NCBI GenBank assembly: GCA_904063045.1
Contig: CAJFCJ010000113.1
Location: 23,126 to 87,125, forward strand
Length of the DNA stretch: 64,000 nt
Origin: Dimorphilus gyrociliatus
Taxonomy: Eukaryota > Animalia > Annelida
Direction: 5' to 3'
Each line of letters starts with the position of its first letter. The stretch's first letter is position 1. Shown here piece after piece: positions 1 to 12,389 of this stretch. The translations under genes were made by a program, and so were the position numbers. Under the pieces are notes generated by a model. It was not told the origin of the DNA. It saw nothing but the letters and a program-made list of their open reading frames with translations, and made no database searches.

Positions 1-1477
1 CTGGGTAAAATCCTTTGAAAGATAAGTGTTGTGTTCCAACAGGGTAATTCTTTTCTGTACCTGGCTGGAGTATAATCTGTCTCTTGCCAAAGTCAAGGGT
101 AGCTCCATTTTGTTGTAGAAAGTCACACCCAATAATACATTGTTGTGTAATGATTTTGTTGATCAGAAAGCGTTGTTTAATAATCTTTCCATTAAAATAA
201 AGTCTGAGAATGATTTCTCCACATATCTCGATGCTATTTCCTGAAGCATCTCTAGCATTTTTCACAGTTTGTTCTGGGAAGGATGCTTTTCCTTGAACTT
301 GTCTTAATACCTTTTTTGAAATGAAAGATCTGTCACTACCAGAGTCTATCAAGGCATCAAACTTAAAACCAGTATTAGTTTCAAATTGTCCAATAAATGT
401 TGAAGCATTTCGCTCAGATTGTTTGCTTTGTAACAGCTGACAAGTGGATTCGTCACTATCTGAAAAACAGAGAATATCTTGAACTTCGTCGTTTTCTGAC
501 ATGCTTTCATTGTCTAATGTTTCTAATTTTTGTAGCTTAGGTTCCTCTTTCAGTATCGTCTTTGCTGGTTGATTTTTCTTATAATACCTATTTGTTGTAG
601 TTGGTGCATACTTTTGGACTTTTTGGCTTGAAAACTTTTCTTTAGTAGCATTTTTGTTGTCAGGTACATGCTTTCTATTCCAGAAATTTGGGGTTTCTGT
701 AGAAGCATCTTTTCTGATTACCTGGGTCTTTTTGGTCTCTTTTCTTTGTTGAGTTTCCAATTTTGACACCATTGTGATCGGTTTTCTTTGAGTTAGTTTT
801 AATGAAGTTTCTGCTTGCTTAGCAGCCTCATATAGTTCTGCCAATGTTTGACATTTAGGATGTAAGGTGTACACTAAATGTAGAATATCCTGTTGTAATC
901 CTCTTTGTAAAACTTCCATCAGTTTTATTTCTTTCATAGTTGCAAGCAATTGTGGTTCCATTGGTCTAGGTGGAGAAAACCTCTTTATCAATTTCTTTGC
1001 TCTATTAACAAACTGAACCACACTTTCGCCATTCATTTGCTTTAAGTTAAGCAATTTCTCTTGATACTCCAAAGGATCCAGATCAAATTCGTCATGGAGG
1101 GCTTTCCATATTTCCTCCACAGTAGGCTCTCCATCCAGAGCCAACACCAAATCCTTTGCAGGACCAGTTAAATAATCTAAAAGATTTGCTTTCACAACAT
1201 CTTCTCCTATCCAACCATAAGCATAACATGCCTGATTAAAGTCTTCTTTGAATTTTGAACACTCCTTGCTTCCATCATACAACTTGAGAATAGTTCTTTG
1301 AGGGCGGTCCCAAGCAGCCCTTAATGCTTGAATTACTGTTGTGATATCAACATTTGGGTTCTGTGCTGGGTGATGTGTTCCATCTCCATGATCTGTTGGA
1401 ATTGTGATTCGATTTCTTTTCATTTCACTCACCAATCTATCATAGTCTTCAATTAGTCTTTGTTGCCTTTCTGACAT
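1..1477 (-). CDS. Ty3/gypsy family A gag-protease polyprotein (runs off left edge; absent from the ORF track)
   Basis: Manual translation from ATG 1477 is open to position 1. It has a retrotransposon-gag capsid-like region (LKLYDGSKECSKFKEDFNQAC...IWKALHDEFDLDPLEYQEKL) and, in the same frame, an aspartic protease motif FDALIDSGSDRSFIS. An upstream ATG at 1571 is one frameshift away. Confidence 0.92.
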   Translation of the reverse strand, partial: MSERQQRLIEDYDRLVSEMKRNRITIPTDHGDGTHHPAQNPNVDITTVIQALRAAWDRPQRTILKLYDGSKECSKFKEDFNQACYAYGWIGEDVVKANLLDYLTGPAKDLVLALDGEPTVEEIWKALHDEFDLDPLEYQEKLLNLKQMNGESVVQFVNRAKKLIKRFSPPRPMEPQLLATMKEIKLMEVLQRGLQQDILHLVYTLHPKCQTLAELYEAAKQAETSLKLTQRKPITMVSKLETQQRKETKKTQVIRKDASTETPNFWNRKHVPDNKNATKEKFSSQKVQKYAPTTTNRYYKKNQPAKTILKEEPKLQKLETLDNESMSENDEVQDILCFSDSDESTCQLLQSKQSERNASTFIGQFETNTGFKFDALIDSGSDRSFISKKVLRQVQGKASFPEQTVKNARDASGNSIEICGEIILRLYFNGKIIKQRFLINKIITQQCIIGCDFLQQNGATLDFGKRQIILQPGTEKNYPVGTQHLSFKGFYP

Positions 1478-1609
1478 TCCTGCTGGCTGAATTGTAATTG
1501 TTGGAGTTGCTGGGGTTGAAGGGTTAGAGTCTGTAACTGCCCCAGTGGATTTCCATTTCTCCTTCTGCCATATTTACTTTCTCAAAACTTTTGAATAAAC
1601 CAAAAGAAT

Positions 1610-1627
1610 ATCCTGTCGACTGCGCCA
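1610..1627 (-). promoter_or_regulatory. Primer-binding site (tRNA-Ser-like) of gypsy family A
   Basis: Minus strand reads TGGCGCAGTCGACAGGAT, 4 nt after the LTR end ...AGTACA. It is complementary to a CCA-terminated invertebrate tRNA-Ser-type 3' end (tRNA identity from memory). Confidence 0.85.
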
Positions 1628-1631
1628 AATT

Positions 1632-2283
1632 TGTACTGCTCTTGCTGGCAAAATCTATGCGTTTGCAAGTTATAACAATACTGGTTCTACTCGAACCTTT
1701 AAACAAATGTTTAAATTAAAACGGTTTATTCGCAATAATAATACTTAAGCAAGTAACAATATGAGAGTTCGATAGCAGAGTAGATAGTTTGTAAAAGCAG
1801 GTTGCCAAATTACCAAACTGTCTTCCAATGTTGAGGAGTAGATGGATGGTTCCAGTGGAGGTTGTTTCCAGATGATTTTCCCAGGTCCTTGGGTCCAGAT
1901 GGAAGCTGCATGCCAAATGAGAATAATGAGGATTTATATACTTTGAGGTTTGTCTCTGACATCCAATCATCACTTTACAGTTGCCAAAATGTGTAGTTCA
2001 TATTTATCTTTAGTAACAGGATGTTACAAGGTTCAACATTTAGGAAGGTTAATTGAATTATAACTTGGCCACACCCTAGGCAAGTTAATTAAATTATAAC
2101 TTGGCCAAACCTTTATTGGTAATTAAAGATGAGCCTTCAAGCTGACTAATCAGACTTATGTTTGGCCAATGTTATAGCATTTTCTTGCGTAGGTTTTAAG
2201 ATGTACATGTATATGTTGCATAAAATAATAGAGTTCAAGCATGTAAAATATAACCAAAGTTGTACAAAATAAATATAAAAATA
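1632..2283 (-). mobile_element. 5' LTR of gypsy family A (5' end truncated)
   Basis: Ends in AGTACA next to the PBS and has TATA-like GTATATAAA (~1935) and AATAAA (~1727). Homologous stretches (TGTAACATCCTGTTACTAAAGATAAA; CAAGTTATAATTTAATTAAC) recur at ~12390-12600 and ~55400-55925. Confidence 0.8.
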
Positions 2284-2368
2284 GGGTGCGAACGTACCCA
2301 GGTACGTTCGCACCCGCCCAGGGTACGTTCGCACCCGGGTACGTTCACACCCAGGTACGTTCGCACCC
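2284..2368. repeat. Collapsed DNA-transposon terminus: one inverted plus four direct copies of GGTACGTTCGCACCC
   Basis: GGGTGCGAACGTACC-CA-GGTACGTTCGCACCC hairpin followed by three more direct copies. It starts GGGT like the MULE ends elsewhere in the window. No TSD. Confidence 0.7.
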
Positions 2369-3599
2369 CAACTCGTTTTTAACTGTCATTTTGTTTAGCT
2401 TTCTATAATCTACACACATTTGTAGACTACCTTCCTTCTTTCTTATGAAAACAATTGGTGAAGCCCAATTGCTTTTGCTTGGTTGAATAACTTTCCTTTT
2501 TACCAACTCAGCTATCTGTTGCTTACATTCTTCTTGTTTTTGAGGTGGCATTCTATATGGCTTTTGTCTTTATGGCATTGAACCTGGTTCAAGAGTAATT
2601 TCCAAGGGTGGTACCTCTGGATTGCCAATATCAAATCTGTCTTCTGCAATAGTTTCTTTATATTTCGCCAGAATTTGGGTAACTTTTTCCTTCATCTCAG
2701 GATTTTCTTGTTCAATTGTTGTCTGAAGGGTATGTATTTGACTCTCATTCTTTTTCATAGTAAGAGGAACTGGGTAAAGTCCCTTGAAAGATAAGTGCTG
2801 TGTTCCAATAGAGTAATTCTTTTCCGTAACTGGCTGGAGTATAATTTGCCTCTTGCCAAAGTCAAGGGTAGCTCCATTTTGTTGTAGAAAGTCACACCCA
2901 ATGATACATTGTTGTGTAATGATTTTGTTGATCAGAAAGCATTGTTTAATAATTTTTCCATTAAAATAAAGTCTGAGTATGATTTCTCCACATATCTCTA
3001 TGCTATTACCTGAAGCATCTCTAGCATTTTTCACAGTTTGTTCTGGGAAGGACTCTTTTCCTTGAACTTGTCTTAATACCTTTTTTGAAATGAAAGATCT
3101 GTCACTACCAGAGTCTATCAAGGCATCAAACTTAAAACCAGTATTAGTTTCAAATTGTCCAATAAATGTTGAATTTCGCTCAGATTGTTTGCTTTGATAC
3201 AGCTGACAAATGGATTCTTCACTATCTGAAAAACAGAGAATATCTTGAACTTCATCATTTTCTGACATGCTTTCATTGTCTAATGTTTCTAATTTTTGTA
3301 GCTTAGGTTCCTCTTTCAGTATCATCTTGCTGGTTGATTTTTCTTATAATACCTGTTTGTTGGAGGTGGTGCATACTTTTGGACTTTTTGGCTTGAAAAC
3401 TTTTCTTTAGTAGCATTTTTGTTGTCAGTAACATGCTTTCTATTCCAAAAATTTGGGGTTTCTGTAGCAGCATCTTTTCTAATCACCTGGGTCTTTTTGG
3501 GCTCTTTTCTTTGTTGAGTTTCCAATTTTGACACCATTGTGATTGGTTTTCTTTGAGTTAGTTTTTAATGAGGTTTCTGCTTGCTTAGCAGCATCATAC
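2369..3599 (-). pseudogene. Second, degenerate gypsy family A fragment (gag C-terminus, protease, RT start)
   Basis: Closely similar to 1-820. It has a 1-nt deletion frameshift near 3325, an in-frame TAA at 2570-2572, the DSG protease motif and the RT start PYRMPP...WASPIVFIRKKEGSLQMCVDYRKLNK, cut at 2369. Confidence 0.9.
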
Positions 3600-4075
3600 A
3601 TAGGATACAAAACAATATGCATTAAATATTGAACACAACACATATCACTATCAATAGGTCAACTGGCTAGTGTTTTAATTCTTTTATTGAGATATCTTTT
3701 ACATATGGCCATTTTGCTCTCTCTACTTCAAAAGCTTTAATAATGTCAGCTGTTAGGGAATAGAATGGAGTTTTAAAGCAAAGATTCTTGTTAAGCCTGT
3801 GATGCCAGCCTTCAAGATCATTATTTGTCCTTATAGCCTCACCATATACAGACCATACCTCTGGTTTATAAAATCCATTTATCCATTGTGTCTCAACATA
3901 CTCCAATAGAGACTTCATTTCAATGGGATTTAATTCTTTAATAGTCTTAAATGTTGAATATAGTTGAAAGGGTTGGCAATTGAAAGGGTCCGCAGTTGAA
4001 ATGGTCCCCAAGCTGATTGAAAGGGCCTGCAAGTCAATTGAAAGGGTCCACAGGCTGATTGAAAGGGTCTGCAAG
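3600..4075 (-). mobile_element. MULE transposase C-terminal fragment plus subterminal TTGAAAGGGTCC-type repeats
   Basis: WINGFYKPEVWSVYGEAIRTNNDLEGWHHRLNKNL nearly matches 49500-49710. About six degenerate ~20-bp repeats lie at 3961-4075. Confidence 0.8.
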
Positions 4076-4268
4076 AAAAATAAAAAGACTTGAAAATGTT
4101 TTTTTCTTATGAAATCATAAAAAAAGAAAGAAATGAAAAAGATAACAAATGGTTAATTTGTAATAATTTATTTTGTTTCAAACTGATAAAGTAAATGAAA
4201 ATTTGTTGATTAAATTTATGTCAATTTGAAAAGTATAACTTGGAACAAATATCTAAGACTTCTGAATG

Positions 4269-4460
4269 GGTGCAGGAGAAAACGTCCACAAGAGAAAAGG
4301 TCCACAGCAGAAAACGTCCATAACTTAGGAAAAAGCATCAACAGTAATTTTTATATGAACAATGGTTTACAGATTAATATTGGTATAGATAAACAGGTTT
4401 AAATATTGTTATTGAGATTATAAAAATTATGCAATGATAGATCCGCCATTTTGTTGAGGA
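4269..4460 (+). mobile_element. MULE terminal segment
   Basis: Starts GGGTGCAGGAGAAAACGTCC with three AAAACGTCC-type subrepeats. A CGCCATTTT motif lies at ~4444. Confidence 0.65.
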
Positions 4461-5136
4461 ACTATTTCTTGTTTATGTTTTCCTGTTTTTGGTTCCTTTC
4501 AAAAAAAATAGTTTTGTTAAAATACTATCTGTAAAGATATTTACTAAAGTTGCATATTATAAAAAGTTTCAACCTAAAAAATTCAGTTTATATGGAAATA
4601 TTGGGGAGAAAGAGAACTTGAAGAATTCTTATCAATTGGCCTATTATTTCATTCAAGCAAAAGTTTGGAACTGTTTATAAATTCTCTATATGAAATATAT
4701 ATAATATGAACTTTAATAAATATTTAAAAAAATGAAATTATCATCTTTATAATGAAGTGTTGAAAAATTGTGATAATTTAGAAATTAAATATGAATTTAA
4801 TGTTTATTGATTAAAAAATATTGAAAAAGCTAATAGGCCTATAATTGCTTGTTAGCTAATAAACAAAATTATACAAAATATCTTACTTACAATGATGATT
4901 GGATAATCACATAATCCTACTTGAATTTCAATACTCTTCTTTTTTTTGTTGATTTGTTGCCACACATTTATGGGACACCTATTAGTATATAAATATCATA
5001 AATGTCTATACACAACCTGTATATCTGAAATTGTCAATTCAAGTTGAGTGGTTTAACAAAAAGGGAGAGAATGAATCATAATGTCAGTTATAGGCTTAAA
5101 TTGGCTATATAAATTAAGAATAACTTTAAAAAATTA

Positions 5137-5501
5137 GGGTACAGGAGAAAAACGTCCACTGGAGAAAACGTCCACTGTTTGGAGGAAAATGTCCACTGCT
5201 TGGAGAAAACGTCCACTGGAGAAAACGTCCACTATAAAACTTCAAAGTAAGATATAAGATATTTGATAGATGGAGTTTTTAGAGCAATTTGACAGGAAAA
5301 ATGAATAATAAGAATTACAAATATTTAAATATTAATATATTGATTAAGTAAAAACAAGCATTATAACAAGAATGATTGACAACAGTGTAACAACATTAAA
5401 GAATAAAGGTATTTTAAACTGGTGAATAAATGTCAGAAGGTTTATCAAGTAAGTCCAGGGAGGTAATTGAGGCAATTTCAAATTGTTCCCATAAGCTGAA
5501 T
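5137..5501 (+). mobile_element. Left end of the MULE family also found at 49009-50788, cut by the assembly gap
   Basis: Near-identical to 49009-49390, with five instead of six GGAGAAAACGTCCACT units. Confidence 0.9.
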
Positions 5502-5783
5502 NNNNNNNNNNNNNNNNNNNNNNNNNNNNNNNNNNNNNNNNNNNNNNNNNNNNNNNNNNNNNNNNNNNNNNNNNNNNNNNNNNNNNNNNNNNNNNNNNNN
5601 NNNNNNNNNNNNNNNNNNNNNNNNNNNNNNNNNNNNNNNNNNNNNNNNNNNNNNNNNNNNNNNNNNNNNNNNNNNNNNNNNNNNNNNNNNNNNNNNNNNN
5701 NNNNNNNNNNNNNNNNNNNNNNNNNNNNNNNNNNNNNNNNNNNNNNNNNNNNNNNNNNNNNNNNNNNNNNNNNNNNNNNNNNN
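5502..5783. other. Assembly gap (N run)
   Basis: 282 N, flanked by a MULE copy on the left and an LTR-B 3' end on the right. Confidence 1.
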
Positions 5784-5882
5784 TTGTTAAGTTAATAAAT
5801 GATTGGAAAGGAGGGATACTGTTCTGAAGGATACTGTTCTGAAGAAGAAGAAATTCCTACAATTACAATACAACAAAGTACA
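5784..5882 (+). mobile_element. 3' end of a gypsy family B LTR
   Basis: ...AGAAATTCCTACAATTACAATACAACAAAGTACA is identical to the LTR end at 30337 and 44542. Confidence 0.85.
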
Positions 5883-5962
5883 TATTAGTTTAATAAATTG
5901 AGAAAATAGTCACAAAAGCATAAAATGAAAAGTAAAAATACGACTATTTAAATAAGAAGAAG

Positions 5963-8900
5963 ATGCATTTTGTTGAGTTTATATTGATTGTTTGCTTGAA
6001 TTTTTTTTAAGACTACTTACATTTATTAGTCTTAGTGTTCATTTTGTTCTGAATGGAGACAAAGAAAAAAGTACAATTGATAGGATTAAAACTATTAACC
6101 CAAAATTTCCATTCAACCTCTAAACAATAATCCAAATTTTGTATTTGGTCCATTAGTTATAAATGACATTTTGGAAGAAAATAAAGATCTATACATTATT
6201 CATATGTGATAATACCATTTTCTAAACAAAACAATAGATTAGTAAAGTCTTTGTGAAAGATGAAATATGATACAATTCATTATCTGTTGGAGAGATGTTT
6301 AAGAGTATGAACACGATTTTTTCAATTTGCCAAATATAGCCAATAATCATAAATTAAAACAATTATAGGTAAATACAAAATTTTAGTATTGTTATCCTCT
6401 CATAAATTCATGATTTTAGTTTCAAAACAAGGAATGATAAACCAAGAATAGTTCATTGTATGAAATGTTTTTTCAAGACTAAACAATGTAAAGTAGAGAA
6501 TGAATAATTAATTATGATATTTGTATTATTCATTTAATTTTATACAGATTTCTTTACCTATAGTTTGGATGGCAATTTGAATACTTTTTTACCAATGTTG
6601 AGGATTAGAGGAATTAGTTATATTTTATCACAAACAAGGAATATTCAAAAATATATTTGCCCTTTAACATAATTTTATATTATTTCCAGTAAGGAAATAT
6701 TCAAAAATTTAACCTATGCTATCCTTGTCGATTCAGTAATGTATCGCACTGTTAAGAATGGAACAGCCATAAATTGTTTGTACAGTGATATTCAAGGTAA
6801 AGAGTAGGTTTGGCGCAATTCTCTCTCTCACTCTCTCTTTTAACTTAATATAGATTTCACTATGAGTTTTATGAATGAGTTTATTTTATTTTATTCATCA
6901 AAATTGACAAAACATCAGACAAGAGAGTATTGAACTTTGAATATTCACTCAAAGACTTATGGCCATCTTCCAGCACTTTTTCCAATTGGCGTGGCAAATT
7001 TTTTGAAGCTTAAACACAATTTATGTCCAGGACAAAGCAGATTTGATTCCAGAAAGAGGATATTACAGTTCACAAATGACTGGAATTATGTAAGAAAATA
7101 TTTTTGTCAAGTGTTTGTCAAGTAAAGAGCTTTGTACCATATATAGGCTGAAAATAATGGATCTATTTATAGCCGTTATTTTATTGAGAACAGTAGTCAG
7201 AAGCCAATACTCCAGTATTGTGTAGAGAATAAGAGGAGAGGTGATATCTTTATAGGGTGTAAATTAGTTTTGAAAGAATCAAAATCCTACGACACCTATT
7301 CATTCCCCTGTTTAAGTGATGGATTGGGCGATGAAAGGGGTATTTATTATCTTGCGTATAGAGAAATACAATAAACTGACTCTGCCTTAAAAGATTTTAT
7401 TACCCTTGTTAAACCAGAAGAAGAAGGTTATGTTGACTCAATTTCAATGGTATATGGAATGCCTGTTTTACAAAGTTTGAATTTTGGATTTGGATCTATT
7501 CATATAGACTTTTTGACCGATTGGCTGATCCGTCTTATATGTAAACATTATAAATCTAATTACGGAACGTTAAAATTTAAAAGAGTACGAACAAGACTTT
7601 TCAAGAGTCAATACATGAACTGCTATAATTATAACAATTTAACGGAATGCTACAACTATCACGTGGAGAATGGACTGTTCAAGAAACGAGTAGAAAATCC
7701 TTATAATATTCGAAAAATAAATGTGTTATCTGATTTGAAAAAAACTGATTTTATGGAAACGTTTGTTTGTCCATTAGTAGTATGTTTTAATGTTACTGAA
7801 GAAGGTACGAAAATAACTGTGGAGAACAATTTGAATTTAAAAGCATTTGATATTGAAAAGAAGAGTCTTCATTACTGTCCCACCAAATCATCTTACAATG
7901 TAGAAGATACATGTTTACAAGTTATACCTCGAAGTGATATAGCCAAAAATTACTCTTGGATTGAACAACAATGTGAACAATTGAACATGAAACCAGTTGA
8001 TTTATCATTTACTCAAATAAACAATTTAATTGTGCCAATAATAGAAAAAAATCAACATTTAAGAAGCTTATTGAGTAGTTTGTATATTTTTGCCACTACG
8101 TTTTCACATTTTCCTCCAGTGTTTATATAATTCAGAACCAGGTAACATCACAACGGCAAATGGCATATATGAAAAAACGTCTTCAAAATATTTTCCCTAT
8201 CCCTATGATTTTATCTGGTTAATAAACTTTTACAATAAAGATGTTTGCCAATCACTAAAGGATCTTCTCAATGAGGAGTTAACTAGAAAAGATCGTGATT
8301 GTATTCTCTTAAAAACATCACTGTCACTTGATAGAACTAAAATGCACTGGAGATCGTGTTCATCCTCAATATTTAGCGGTATGTGCCAAAAGAATTTAGG
8401 TTAGTCTATAAAGGAGAAGGAGAAGAGATACTGCTTCTCTCTATTATATTCAAATCTCACTAAAACAAATAATTAATTGTAAACATCGCTAACAATTAGA
8501 AATAAACACAAGAAAGATTTATAAAATACTTCCTCATATCTTGATTAATACTGTTCAAGTATTTACCTGCAAAAACCAACTGAAAATAAATATCATTTAC
8601 AAGTGCGACAGAGATAACGATTGCAATTCTGGTGAAGATGAGGAAAATTGTAGACAAGAAAAATTATTCTATTGCGACCATAACGAAACGATTCTATATC
8701 ATTTTCTCTGTAATTTTAAAAATGATTGTAAAAATGGATTAGACAAAGAAAATTGTGGTGAAAAATTTTTTTTTTTTTTTAATGAAACAACTCCACAAAA
8801 TCATGAACTATAGGAATTAATTGAATATTTTTATAAAGCAGATTATCCAGATTGTAGCGATCAGTCAAACTTGTAACTATTAAATATCAAAATCAAACAT

Positions 8901-11558
8901 TTGTCATTTATTGTTTTTTAAAATTTTGAATTTTTGAGATTTATAGTAAATGCAAAAGTAAACAATGCGTACAAACCCATGTTGGTAAAATACATTGTAT
9001 TGACAAATCTGATTTGCAATCTCGTTCGAGTTTGTTGTCAAAAATTTTTCAAAAAATATTTTGATAATAAAATGAAATGTTTATCAAAAAAAAAACAGAT
9101 CGCATTATGATTTGTGATAAGAATAAGGATATTAATTTTAATGAAATTTGTGATGGATTTAGACATTGTGAAGATGGGAGTGATGAAACTGATAAATGTT
9201 CAGATTTGGCCTATGCAGTTAGAAAATCAACTCAATCATTTGGAAATCAGTCGAGAATTAACAGTAAAATTTTTTGTTTAATGATTAATTTGAATTTTCT
9301 AATCAACCAATCAATGAAGACTTTTGTAGAGTTTTACTTATAAGATCTTTTAATACTAAATGTAAACTTTTTAAAAATATCAAAAATCAATACAAACCAA
9401 ATCTACACCCTCCATTCAAATATCTTTCAAATTGTAGAAAGAGAACGTGTGCTCGTGGAGAGTATTTGTGCAATGATGACAATTACTGTATTTCCATTGT
9501 ATTAGTTTGCGACCGTGTATTCCATTGCAGAAAGGGTGATGATGAAGATAATTGCAGTAAATTGCTAGAGTGTGAAATCCTATCGATCCTAGTTTATTCA
9601 CTCTTTTTCAATTTAGGTCAACATTCATTGGAAAGTGTCTTCAGGTGTAAAGAAACAAAAGGCATTGTTGAAATAAATAAGATCTGCGATGGTGAACTCG
9701 ACTGTTTAGACGGTAGCGACGAAATGAATTGTCCTTATGAAAATAAATTTCTTAACTGCGAACCTGTCATTGAGAATTTTTCAATATATTGTTCCAAAGA
9801 TATAACTCTAAAGAATCAAAATAATCCCTTATTTAAAAGGTTATTGTCAAATTCCGCAATCATATCAAAAGAAAAGTCAAAATCATCGAAGAAATTTTAT
9901 CAAATACAATCAATATCTTTTATAAATTGTATAATCAACTTTCCAATAAGTGAAGAATTTCCAAATTTATTCGATATTCATCTTTCTCAAATGTTTTTAA
10001 ATTTCTCTTATCATTTCGATAAAAAACGTCGCTTTTCTCTGTTACAGTATTTTCAACTTGAGCATATCAAAATTATTGATGTAGCCAATCTAGAATTTAC
10101 TATTTTTCCAAAATTAGTCTCTTTAACACTGAAAAATGTTTCATTAAATATTTTGAAGAGACAGTATTTTTCAAATTTAAAAAATTTGATAAATTTGACA
10201 ATAAATGATTGTAATTTTATAAAAATTGAACAAGATGTTTTTCTACACGCGACAAATTTGAAATATTTATACTTTTTGAATAGTATTTTACCTGAAAAGT
10301 ATTTAATCCATTTATCAAAACATATTAAATCAATTGAAATTGTGAAAAGTCAATATTTTAATCTATGCTGTTTTGTATGGAAATTTCAGTCCTACATTAA
10401 AAGTTGCCAACCAAAATCAACCAAGTTTACTTCCTGTTCAGATCTATTAGTTTCAAATGGTTTGAGATCTTTTGTATGGATTTTTGCAACTAGTGGCCTA
10501 CTCCTCAACCTGTCGACTTTGATCTTCAGAGTAATATCGTTTAAAAGATCATCTCATATTTTCTATATATTTTTAGCCTTATCGGACGCATCTACTTCAA
10601 TTTGCCTTTTAGCACTTGCCATAAAAGATATGCAATACAGAGGTAACTATGTAACCTATGATTTCCAATGGAGAAATAGTTCATTATGTAAAATAATTGG
10701 TTTTTTAACAAACTTATCAGTACTTTTATCATCGTTCAATCTATTAATAATAACAATTGAAAGATATTTAGTCGTTAAGTTTCCAATGAGTTTGTATTTT
10801 ACAAACAAAATAACCACAATGACATCCATTATAATACTATCCTTTGCTCTATTATTCTCATTGATACCACTCTATACATTCAAGGTAAAAACTTAACAAG
10901 ATAAAACAAACAAAACTGATATGAACCCTAACCAATTAAAAATAATTTTGTTGCCTGTTTTCTAGAATTATTACCAGTTGTTACCAATCTGTATAAATAT
11001 TCAAATAGGAATTATAAAGACTAGCGGCTGGCAATGGTCATTTTTTCTTTATAGCGTATTAATGTTTCTGATATCGATATTAATATTAATTATTTATTTA
11101 ATACTACTCTTATCATTGTATAAAAGTAGTAAAATGATAAAGAATAATTGTTCTGGAAAAGTAACAAAAAAAGTCCAGACAACTGCATTGGTTATAGTTC
11201 TAACAAATATTTCTTGTTGGCTTCCAATTTCTTTTCTAGGTATTATATAATATCTACAACAATAAAATGACGTCACTTCTGACGTTTATACTATATTATA
11301 GGTTTTTCATCAGTTGTATTTAATATGAATATCAATCAAGATATTTATAGTTTAATTGTTGTTATTTTTCTGCCATTGAACTCTCTGTGTAATCCAATTG
11401 TTTATACTTTTTCCGAAATAATTATGTTTTATAAAAAACAACAAATCAAAATTCGAGAAGCCGAGTATGAACAAATTAACAAGGTTTTTTTTTTTTTACT
11501 ATAAATGCTATTAATTGTATTATTTCAGGAAAAAACATCTAGAAAATATGACATTTAA
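5963..11558 (+). CDS. Multi-exon GRL101-like LDLa-LRR G-protein-coupled receptor (LGR class C-like)
   Basis: LDLa repeats (CDRDNDCNSGEDEENC, CDGFRHCEDGSDE, CDGELDCLDGSDEMNC), LRRs and hinge LCCFVW...SCSDLL, TM3 ITIERYLVVKFP, intron 10885-10965, TM6 CWLPI, TM7 LPLNSLCNPIVYTF, stop at 11558. A lectin-like WRSC..GMCQK lies at ~8350. The 5' exons and start codon are uncertain and some LDLa exons look damaged. Confidence 0.85.
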
Positions 11559-12389
11559 ATTAACAAGCAATAGTAAGTGTCCTTGGAACATCAACAACAA
11601 CTCAATACCAGTTTTCTTTTCTATATTCTCTTAGTAATTTTATTTTCTAATAACTTTATGGAAAATTTTATTCTACCGAATTGTCTGCTGGAGAACTTGA
11701 GTAGTTTGTGCGTTGAAAAAGTTGCCGAGTCAATAATATCAATATATTGTCTATCTAGACATGTTATTACGGCTGTTGCATACGCAAACAAATTCTCTCT
11801 AATTCTAGTTGAAGATTTTGGTATTAAAAATATCTTTCTTAAAGTGAATTTTTTAAGCTTTGCTTTAGATTTTTTTTTTTTAATTATCCGACAAAAAAGA
11901 CTACTTTCGTTGTTTTTGTTTTTCTTTCAGAATAAGAAATTTTACATTGAAGCCAATTGTCTTACTGCTTCGCAAACAGACCAAACAAGTAATAGCATAG
12001 TAAACTTTGGAAATATTCTTAGAAAATGCCTACAGAGGGAAGCAAGTGTAAGAAAGTTTAAAAATTGATACAAAATAAATATACACTTCGAATGATAAGA
12101 GTTCTTTACTATATTGCCACGCCCACATTCTGTGTGAATATATAGTTCAGTTTAAACTATATGTCAGGTTTTTACTCTTCTATTATCCCGTACAAGTAGT
12201 AACCCGAGAAATTTCTTATCTAATATTCGTATTCTACAAAATCAGGACATTCTTCTCCAGAAAGTCATTTTACTCAAATTCTCAAATGTTTCTCTTGGAC
12301 ACCTTGATTGTTCAACATTTAAAAAACAGTAATTGATTTTAAGTAAGATGGATACATCCCATCACAAATCACAACACAGTCACTTTTAG

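Noticed and set aside
2146-2334. Repeat-derived ORFs (also 37224-37472, 48733-49131, 50467-50901)
   Set aside because: Translations of transposon terminal repeats.
5430-5795. 121-aa ORF in the track
   Set aside because: Artefact of translating across the N gap.
11577-12320. 163-aa plus ORF and possible minus-strand exons
   Set aside because: Low-complexity hydrophobic translation with no family motif, so neither strand can be supported.
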